Assembly: GCA_963787465.1 (NCBI GenBank)
Contig: CAWBDD010000025.1
Location: 4,306 to 68,305 of the forward strand
Length of the DNA stretch: 64,000 nt
Origin: an uncultured Thermoplasmata archaeon
Lineage (GTDB): Archaea; Thermoplasmatota; Thermoplasmata; UBA10834
Direction of reading: 5' to 3'
A program made the translations under genes and the position numbers. The notes below the pieces were generated by a model. The model did no database searches. It saw only the letters and a list, made by a program, of their open reading frames with translations, and was not told where the DNA came from. This document shows, in pieces, positions 1 through 7,420 of the stretch. Numbering within the stretch: the first letter of the stretch is position 1; every line of letters begins with the position of its first letter.

Positions 1-732
1 CGAGAGGAAGATCGAGAAAGAGTACATCCCGGCACAGTACGCGGAGATTGCCAGTGAGTTGAAAGTGCCGTCCTGGAATTGTATCGTCACTACGTTCCCC
101 GCCGAGGACGACGGTATGCCGATGAGGTCCAATATGCCCGAGAACGGGGCAGCGAGCATGTAGTGGACGTACCAGTTGCCCGCAGACGAAACGCCACCCC
201 CGCTCAGAATGCCAGACAAGACCTGAGGCAGCGCCAAGAAGAGCGTGACCAGGCCTAGGAACACGAGAGAGAAAGTGGACTCGACCTTGAACCTGTCGAC
301 AACGAACGGATAGGTGACCATCACCGCTCCGAAGAAGATGGTAATCGTGTCCACGTCGCCAATCTCTGGCCGCGGTGACACCGCCAGGTTATACGCAAGG
401 ACCAGGACCACCACCACGGCACCGACCGCCATCACGGCGTACCTGCCGCCCACCATCTCAACTGTGCGGTCAACGATTGCGATGCCCACTGACCCCTTGT
501 CCTTGGCATCTGTCGGTACCGCCTGCCTGCGGTGCAACAACGCGATCAGAGCGCCTCCGATGAACAGCGACAGGACGCCGAAGCCGACCCAGGCATAGGA
601 GAACATAACGATGACGGAGAGGCCTTCGACAAATAGGACGATTGACAGAATCTGCAGAACCTTCCTTCGGGGCGTACCATCTGGCACCATCCGATCGAGC
701 CACTCCTTCAACGGTTCCAGGCTCAGCCTCAT
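1..732 (-). CDS. Archaeosortase/exosortase family membrane transpeptidase (ArtC-like), truncated by the window edge
   Basis: Not in the ORF track. Manual translation from ATG at 732 is open to base 1 (MRLSLEPLKEW...), multi-TM, ending ...NSLAISAYCAGMYSFSIFLS, which matches the catalytic C-(A/S)-G motif of the family. Confidence 0.8.
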   Translation of the reverse strand, partial: MRLSLEPLKEWLDRMVPDGTPRRKVLQILSIVLFVEGLSVIVMFSYAWVGFGVLSLFIGGALIALLHRRQAVPTDAKDKGSVGIAIVDRTVEMVGGRYAVMAVGAVVVVLVLAYNLAVSPRPEIGDVDTITIFFGAVMVTYPFVVDRFKVESTFSLVFLGLVTLFLALPQVLSGILSGGGVSSAGNWYVHYMLAAPFSGILDLIGIPSSSAGNVVTIQFQDGTFNSLAISAYCAGMYSFSIFLS

Positions 733-838
733 CGTCGTCGCGATAGAGCATCTCGGCCCAATAAACCTAACCACTTACCAGATGTACCCACGATTAGGTT
801 TTTAGCGGCGGACGCATTCTCCCGCCGAGAGGGCACGG

Positions 839-2128
839 TTGTCTTCCAGATTCACGGGGGGAATCCTTGGCTTCGCGCGCCAGGGCAAGGACGGCGCGCG
901 CGAGACCATCAAGTACTACTCCAAGTCGGGCCTGGACGAGCGGCGCTACATCCACGCATCCTTCTTCGTGGGGGTCAGCGGAGCAGTCCTCTGGTACATA
1001 CTCGCCCTCTACTGGGTCGCCCTCGGCTTCACTTCCCAGGAGATCGGGTGGATGTTCGCCGTCGGCTCCGCCACCAGCGGAGTCACCCTGGTCTTCAGCG
1101 GCTACCTCGCGGACAAGTTCGGCAGGAAGGGGCTCGCGCTCATGGGCCTCCTGGGCACGACCGCCGGGACGGCCATGTACATCGCCGACAAGAACTTCCT
1201 CCTCTTCGCGTGCATCAACGCCCTCATAAGCTTCAGCGGCTCCCTGACATGGCCGTCGATGATGGCGCTCTTCGCCGGCAAGGCCGAGCCATCCCGGCTC
1301 AAGTACCTCTTCGGCCTCCAGTCGTTCACCAGTCAGGCCGGCCAGACCATCGGGACCTTCGCGGGCATCGCCGCCCCGGGGCTGCTGCCGTTCGTGCTCG
1401 ACATCAACGACGTCGACTCCTTCAGGCTGGTGTTCCTCGTCGGGTCCATCCTCTCCGCCCTGCCCATCCTCTACGTCCTGAAGGTCTCCGAGCCGCCGCG
1501 CCATTCGGAGAAGCTGATGCTGGAGTTCGACAGGCCCACCCGCAGGATGCTCTACGCGTGGTGTGCCCAGAGCGCGTTCATCGGCCTGGGCGCGGCCCTC
1601 GTCATGCCCTGGATATCGATCATCTTCACCGAGGGCATGGGCGCGACGTACTGGGAGGTCAACCTGATGATCCTCCTCTCGAGCCTCGTGCTAGCCGCGG
1701 GCTTCTTCATAGTGCCCTTCTTCGCGGAGACGAGGAGCCCGGTCAAGATCATCGCCATATTCCAGATGACATCCATCCTGTTCCTCGTCGCGATCCCGTT
1801 CTCCGGTGGGCTGGCCGTGGCGGCCATCTTGTACGCCACGAGGTCGTTCTTCATGCTCGTCCCGACCCCGCTCGTGAACGGCTACGTGATGAACATCGTC
1901 ACCGAGCGGATACGCGCCTCGTTCGTCGGCCTGGGCCAGCTCGCCTGGACGGTGGCGTTCATGTGCTCCGAGGCGTTCTCCGGGTACCTCTGGGACGGCG
2001 ACTACACCAAACCGGAGCCGTTCTTCTACTGCGGCATATTCTACGTCATCGGCACGCTCGTGTTCTACATCTACTTCAGGAACGTGAAGGAGAGGCACGA
2101 GATGCCTGCGGGTGCCACGACGAAGTGA
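839..2128 (+). CDS. MFS transporter
   Basis: About 12 hydrophobic segments; motif A GYLADKFGRK. Confidence 0.9.
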   Translation: MSSRFTGGILGFARQGKDGARETIKYYSKSGLDERRYIHASFFVGVSGAVLWYILALYWVALGFTSQEIGWMFAVGSATSGVTLVFSGYLADKFGRKGLALMGLLGTTAGTAMYIADKNFLLFACINALISFSGSLTWPSMMALFAGKAEPSRLKYLFGLQSFTSQAGQTIGTFAGIAAPGLLPFVLDINDVDSFRLVFLVGSILSALPILYVLKVSEPPRHSEKLMLEFDRPTRRMLYAWCAQSAFIGLGAALVMPWISIIFTEGMGATYWEVNLMILLSSLVLAAGFFIVPFFAETRSPVKIIAIFQMTSILFLVAIPFSGGLAVAAILYATRSFFMLVPTPLVNGYVMNIVTERIRASFVGLGQLAWTVAFMCSEAFSGYLWDGDYTKPEPFFYCGIFYVIGTLVFYIYFRNVKERHEMPAGATTK

Positions 2129-2200
2129 GTTCCACAGCATTCGCTCTTCTGAGAAGGATGATGATGAGGCACATGGCCTCGAGAACTATGCGGGCCGCCC

Positions 2201-2344
2201 TCAGGCCGCCTTCCTTCTGGACCCCGCCTTCGCGGGCGTGGGCGACTTGCCTTTCAGCCTCAGGGCCTCTTCTAGGAGTTCGGACAACCACTCCTCGTCC
2301 CAGTTCCTGATCCTAGCGTCGAAGTACCCTGTGTCTCCTGCCAA
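2201..2344 (-). CDS. Small hypothetical protein, 47 aa (MAGDTGYFDARIRNWDEEWLSELLEEALRLKGKSPTPAKAGSRRKAA)
   Basis: TTG start preceded by GGAGG and an upstream GATATAT; fills an otherwise empty gap. Confidence 0.5.
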   Translation of the reverse strand: MAGDTGYFDARIRNWDEEWLSELLEEALRLKGKSPTPAKAGSRRKAA

Positions 2345-2478
2345 GACTTTCGCCCTCCTGCACAAGGTATAGGGCGACGGCCATATATCAAGCGTTTGAC
2401 TGAAATGTTGGGCGATTGACCGCAGAATGCCCGTATTTACACGATTTTGACCACCACCTGCACCGACCTATGCAAATT

Positions 2479-2487
2479 ATTTATAAA
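2479..2487 (+). promoter_or_regulatory. TATA box of the Lrp gene (probably a leaderless transcript)
   Basis: ATTTATAAA ends about 23 nt before the ATG at 2510. Confidence 0.65.
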
Positions 2488-2509
2488 CGCAAGTGGTTCC
2501 AACCGCTCG

Positions 2510-2986
2510 ATGAAGGAGAAGCAGAGGATTGCTGGCTCGGTCGAGCTGGACGACCTTGACATTGAAATCCTCAGAAGCCTGAACGACAACGCGAGGAAGA
2601 GCTTCAGGGACATAGCGAAGGAGCTCCGGGTCTCTCTCACGACCGTCTCCAACAGGGTCAAGGCGATGGAGCGCGAGGGCGTCATCCAGGGATACATCCC
2701 AGTCATCGAGTCGACCAAGCTCGGCTACGACATCATGGTCGTCATCGGGGTCAAGGTCGTCCACGGCCGGATCGTCGAGACGGAGAGGGACCTCGCCAAG
2801 GATTCCGCGGTCTTCGCTGTCTTCGACTCCACGGGCGACTGGGACGCCATCATCATGGCCCGGTTCAAGAGCAGGGTCGAGCTCAACCTCTTCGTGAAGA
2901 AGGTCCTGGACCACGAGAACGTCAACCGCACGTACACGCAGGTCGTCCTCAACGTGACAAAGGACGAGAAGCGCGTGCTCGTGTGA
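2510..2986 (+). CDS. Lrp/AsnC family transcriptional regulator
   Basis: LDDLDIEILRSLNDNARKSFRDIAKELRVS HTH followed by a RAM domain. Confidence 0.95.
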   Translation: MKEKQRIAGSVELDDLDIEILRSLNDNARKSFRDIAKELRVSLTTVSNRVKAMEREGVIQGYIPVIESTKLGYDIMVVIGVKVVHGRIVETERDLAKDSAVFAVFDSTGDWDAIIMARFKSRVELNLFVKKVLDHENVNRTYTQVVLNVTKDEKRVLV

Positions 2987-3042
2987 GCGTCCCACGGCGC
3001 AGTTTATCTAGCCGTTGGTGGATACGTCGTAACGGGCGCCAG

Positions 3043-4662
3043 ATGATGGTCCACAGGGAGATGGTGAAGGGGGCGCCCTCGTTGGCCGCGGGGGCCCTGT
3101 TGGGCGTTCTGATCGTTCTGTTCATCTCATCTCAGGCGGCGCCCTGCGCATCAGCGCTAGACGGCGCGCCGATAAGCGTCGCGTTCGAGTTCGTCCCCGC
3201 AGATGACGCCTACTTCCCCGGAGAGTCGTTCGAGGTCGAGTTCACCGTCGTGAACACCGTCGTCTCCGGGGACTACGTCTACGACTCGCTCGCGTACATG
3301 GAGAAGGCGGTCAACATCTCGGCGCACTTCTCGTGGATGGACGCGAGCGAATACGTCTGGAACAACGTCTCCGCGACCTCTTCCTGGCTCGAGCCGGACG
3401 GCGTCGGCACGGAGACCTACTCGCTGGAGGTCGCCATCCCCGCAGCGGTCGAGGCGCAGACCTACAGCTACTACTTCGAGCTCGAGTACCTCGCGCACAC
3501 GGCGTGGGGGAACATCACCTACTACTGGGGCGTCGGGACGACATACCACGACCTGGTCGTCACGCAGGACACGTCCACGGCGCCCGACTTCATCGCCCTC
3601 TTCGTCCCTGAATCGCTCACGCCCGGGGGAGAGGTGCGGATGGACGTGAACTTCACCAGCCCGGTCCCCGCGACCGCCGATGCGGACGACTGCTTCCCCG
3701 TCATGGCCCTGTGGATCGAGCCGCACTTCTCGTGGATGGCGCCCGGGGACATCGTCAGGACCAACGTCTCATCCGAGTCCGATTGGATCTGCCCCGACGG
3801 GACGGCATACCAGGTGTTCTCGGTGACGGTCCAGGCGCCCGACGACCTGGAGCCCGGGACGTACACGTGCTTCTTCAGGATCGGCTACGCGGAGGAGACC
3901 CCGTGGGGAGAGGTCGAGGCGACCATGGATGGCCCGGCCGAGACCCTCACGGTCGCGCCCGGGGGAGAGGTGGACACACCATCCTCGGACGGGCTCGCCC
4001 TCGCGATATCGGTCATAGCGCTCGCCGCGGTCGCCGGCACCGTCCTCGTGCTCTACAGGATGTCGTCCAAGGGCCGCCTCGCCCCGAATACGGCCGCGGG
4101 CACGTACCCCACCATCCGCCTGGCCCCGGGCCAGACGGTCCATGTCGAGCCCTCGTCGATCTACCTGGTCAAGGAGGACCGGCCGAGGATCGCCTTCGCC
4201 ATGTTCGGGGAGGCGGTCGCGGGCGGAGCCGCGGGGATGCTGGTCTCGCGTGAGCACCCGGACAGGCTGGGCGAGCTCTACGAGTTCAAGGCCGACACCT
4301 CGCTCTGGCTCACGAGGAGGGCTGGCAAGGACCACATCGACCCGACCGAGCTCAGCCTCCTGAGCCTCATGGTGGGCAAGTTCGTCGAGGCGAAGGGCAG
4401 GGCGGTCGTGCTCGTCGAGGGGGTCGAGTACCTCATCACCCAGAACGACTTCGAGGCCGTCCTCAGGTTCGTGAACCACATGCAGGAGTTCGTCTCCACG
4501 CACGACTGCTCCGTGGTCTTCGTCGTCGACCCGCGGGTCCTGAGCACGAGGGAGCTCGCGCTCCTCGAACGGTCCGCGAGGATCGTCGAGCCGGCAGCGG
4601 AGGCCGCGGCGGGGCCCGCGGACGCGGAGGCGCCCGGGAACGGCGCCGGGGAAGCGACCTGA
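3043..4662 (+). CDS. Membrane protein with duplicated extracellular beta domains and a C-terminal DUF835 domain
   Basis: Signal peptide; two copies of HFSWM...NVS..S.W..PDG; one TM helix; DUF835-like segment (YLVKEDRP...LWLT...VLVEGVEYLITQNDF). Confidence 0.8.
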   Translation: MMVHREMVKGAPSLAAGALLGVLIVLFISSQAAPCASALDGAPISVAFEFVPADDAYFPGESFEVEFTVVNTVVSGDYVYDSLAYMEKAVNISAHFSWMDASEYVWNNVSATSSWLEPDGVGTETYSLEVAIPAAVEAQTYSYYFELEYLAHTAWGNITYYWGVGTTYHDLVVTQDTSTAPDFIALFVPESLTPGGEVRMDVNFTSPVPATADADDCFPVMALWIEPHFSWMAPGDIVRTNVSSESDWICPDGTAYQVFSVTVQAPDDLEPGTYTCFFRIGYAEETPWGEVEATMDGPAETLTVAPGGEVDTPSSDGLALAISVIALAAVAGTVLVLYRMSSKGRLAPNTAAGTYPTIRLAPGQTVHVEPSSIYLVKEDRPRIAFAMFGEAVAGGAAGMLVSREHPDRLGELYEFKADTSLWLTRRAGKDHIDPTELSLLSLMVGKFVEAKGRAVVLVEGVEYLITQNDFEAVLRFVNHMQEFVSTHDCSVVFVVDPRVLSTRELALLERSARIVEPAAEAAAGPADAEAPGNGAGEAT

Positions 4663-4794
4663 CGGGCAAAGGCTAAATCCGTCGAAGTCAGTGCCCTCCC
4701 GGGGAGACGCCGGGAGCACCGGCCGTGCAACGTCGCCCATCGGGATGCAGGGCGCCCGCGCCGATACGCACGGACTTCATCACGATGAGCCCCG

Positions 4795-6273
4795 ATGCCG
4801 CGTTCTCCCAAGGGGGGAAGGGATACGGACTTTCTCGCACTAGCGGGAGGCACAAAGTTCCCAGCCCTCGGCTTCTTCCTGCTCATGCTGTTCTCCGGGC
4901 TCTCGTCCGGCGGGCTCGTCCACCTCCCCGATCCGTCCGATACCGTGGAGGACGTCCGACCGGGATGGGCACTCGTCGACGACATGCTCTCCGCGCGCTC
5001 GTTCCCCGTCGCCGTCGGGCTCGAGGACGGGCGCGTGCTCGTCACGGGCGGCCTCATCGACACTAGCGCCAACCGCCACCACAGAGGTGTACGACCCGGA
5101 GCTGGGCTCGTGGTCCTCCGGGCCGACCATGACATCCGCGAGGGTCGGGCACACGGCGACCCTCCTGCAGGACGGGACCGTGCTCGTCTGCGGCGGCGAG
5201 ACCGGAGACCGGGACGACGTCGCGGGCGGAGATCCTCGACGTCGCGACCGGCACCGCGCTCGCTCTCCCGAACATGTACTTCGCGCGGTCGGCGCATTCC
5301 TCGGCCCTGCTGCCGGACGGGAAGGTCCTCGTCACGGGAGGGACCGACTGGGTCTCGGGACCGTGGACGCAGGCGGAGGCCTACGACCCGTCATCCCACT
5401 CATGGCTCCCCGCTGGGAGCATGGCCCGGTCGAGGCTGTCCTTCGCACTCCTGCTCCTCGGGACGGGCGAGGTCCTCGCGGCGGGCGGCGACTCCGGGGG
5501 GACGAGCGAGCTGTACTCCCCGTCCACGGGCACGTGGCACGGCCTCGCCGGCATGCAGGCGAAGAGATACGTCCCATTCGTGCGCAGCGCTCGCCGGCGG
5601 GGAGGTCATCGCCGCCGGAGGGCTGGTCGACGGCGTCACCCTCTCGTCGTGCGAGCTGTACGACCCGATGCTCGAACGCGTGGTCCTCCGGGGCGGCATG
5701 ACCGTCCCGAGGGCGAGGTTCACGCTGTGCGCCCTGCCCGGCGGCGACCTGCTCGCGGCCGGCTCGTGGAGCGACGCCGGGTCCACGGCGACGAGCGAGG
5801 TCTTCGATGGCGACGCGCGCGAGTGGGAGCCCGCGCCCGACATGAACATCGCGCGCGGGGGGCACGCATGCGCGGCCATGGATGACGGGACGGTACTCGT
5901 CGCAGGAGGCGTGAGCGACGGGGTCCCGACCGACACGGCCGAGGTGTACGGTGCCGAGGGGACCGAGCCCACGCCACCCGAGGGCTGCATGGAGCCGGAG
6001 GACATCGTGCCCCTCGTCGTCGCGATCGCGCCCGAGCTCCCCGGGCACTCGGAGAACGGGTTCGTCGCGCAGCTCCTAGCGGCGCAGGCGGAGCTCGACG
6101 AGGGAGACCTCGTCGACTGCCTCCTGATCATGTACGGCTTCTATCATCACGTGCGCGGGTTCTGGAACAGCGGGCACATGAGCGACGCGGGCGCGACCGC
6201 CCTCTACGAGGCGTACGCGGAGGTCGTGTCGTGCCTCGGCTCGGAGCCGCTCCCGCCGTTCGTCGGGACGTAA
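4795..6273 (+). CDS. Secreted Kelch-repeat beta-propeller (about 7 blades) with a C-terminal helical FIMAH-like domain; several frameshifts
   Basis: Repeats of M..AR..H....L.DG.VLV.GG spread over the three + frames (ORFs at 4795, 5087 and 5274). Confidence 0.8.
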   Translation: MPRSPKGGRDTDFLALAGGTKFPALGFFLLMLFSGLSSGGLVHLPDPSDTVEDVRPGWALVDDMLSARSFPVAVGLEDGRVLVTGGLIDTSANRHHRGVRPGAGLVVLRADHDIREGRAHGDPPAGRDRARLRRRDRRPGRRRGRRSSTSRPAPRSLSRTCTSRGRRIPRPCCRTGRSSSREGPTGSRDRGRRRRPTTRHPTHGSPLGAWPGRGCPSHSCSSGRARSSRRAATPGGRASCTPRPRARGTASPACRRRDTSHSCAALAGGEVIAAGGLVDGVTLSSCELYDPMLERVVLRGGMTVPRARFTLCALPGGDLLAAGSWSDAGSTATSEVFDGDAREWEPAPDMNIARGGHACAAMDDGTVLVAGGVSDGVPTDTAEVYGAEGTEPTPPEGCMEPEDIVPLVVAIAPELPGHSENGFVAQLLAAQAELDEGDLVDCLLIMYGFYHHVRGFWNSGHMSDAGATALYEAYAEVVSCLGSEPLPPFVGT

Positions 6274-6424
6274 CGGCGCTACCGCCCGGACCGACGTACA
6301 GAAGTGTGTGTCTGACGCACTCTCGGACTGCCAGGGAATGCTGTCTGACGGAAATTCATTAAATACAATGATGTCTCTCCCGTAGCTCAAGCTCTTGGGA
6401 TGCTGAGCGAGAGGAGGTGACTAG

Positions 6425-7192
6425 ATTAGAATCAGCAAGAGGTTGCTAGCAACAGCTGTCGCTGGCGCGATACTGGTACTGTCCACAGTACTGGTCGTGT
6501 CGATGATTGGCGGCGATGACAAGCCTGACATCAACACCGACATACCGAGCGACGACGAGCAGCCCGACCAGAGCGACGATACGACGCCCACGTCCGATGA
6601 CGACTCCTCATCCGACGACACGACTGACGACGGCACCGACGACGGTTCGGACCTGCCGGTCGACGACGGAGAGGAGGGCGACGACGGCACGTCCGATGAC
6701 GACACGACGGACGACGACTCATCTGATGAAGAGACAGCGGATGACGATGAGACGTCCGACGACGATGACCAGGACGATGCCGACGACGGCGACGACGCCA
6801 CGGACGATGACGACGACTGCGACGACGATGACGATGGATCCGACGACGATTCCGATGACGGGTCCGACGGCAACGCCGGCAGGCACGGCAACGGGAAGAT
6901 GCACGCGTACCAGAGGCACGTCATGAACGCCGCGAAGCAGGTGGAGCTCAAGAACACCTTCGCGAGCGGACTGTCGACATCCATGGACCAACTACTGGTG
7001 AACATGGACAAGCAGGACGTGCAGCAGGACGACGCGGGCCAGCAGGGGCAGCAGGAGGACCAGGTCGATGACACGGTCCCGGCCCCGGCCCAGCCGGCCG
7101 AGCAGCAGCAGGGCGGCGACGACGCTCAGGGTCAGGATGCCGACGACGGCAGCGGCGATGACGATGGCAACTGCAACCGCAACGATCCTTGA
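6425..7192 (+). CDS. Membrane-anchored or secreted Asp-rich low-complexity protein
   Basis: N-terminal hydrophobic helix, long D/E/T tract, then a Q/D-rich tail. Start is ATT at 6425 or TTG at 6443. Confidence 0.7.
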   Translation: MRISKRLLATAVAGAILVLSTVLVVSMIGGDDKPDINTDIPSDDEQPDQSDDTTPTSDDDSSSDDTTDDGTDDGSDLPVDDGEEGDDGTSDDDTTDDDSSDEETADDDETSDDDDQDDADDGDDATDDDDDCDDDDDGSDDDSDDGSDGNAGRHGNGKMHAYQRHVMNAAKQVELKNTFASGLSTSMDQLLVNMDKQDVQQDDAGQQGQQEDQVDDTVPAPAQPAEQQQGGDDAQGQDADDGSGDDDGNCNRNDP

Positions 7193-7420
7193 CTTCACAA
7201 TGAGGTGACGGCGACACCGGAACGGTGACGGAACGAGAGCGCGCGGAAGTGACGGCGGCCCGGCCGCCAGGCGTGATCGCGAGCGACATGCCCTTCACGG
7301 ATCCGCGCTCGAAGACCCGAACCGGACCGGTCCCGCCCCCAACCTCCCCTTCTTCTCCATTTCTCGTTGTCGACGGGCGGAGCCCTCGCTGTCAGAAGGA
7401 TATGCGATCCGGGGCGGCCG

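Noticed and set aside
6367-6406. Possible C/D box sRNA (ATGATG...CTGA)
   Set aside because: Imperfect C box, only about 40 nt, no D'/C' pair, and too close to the TATA box.
6540-6870. GAC/GAT-rich tract as a microsatellite or CRISPR-like array
   Set aside because: It is the poly-Asp coding region; there is no constant repeat-spacer structure.
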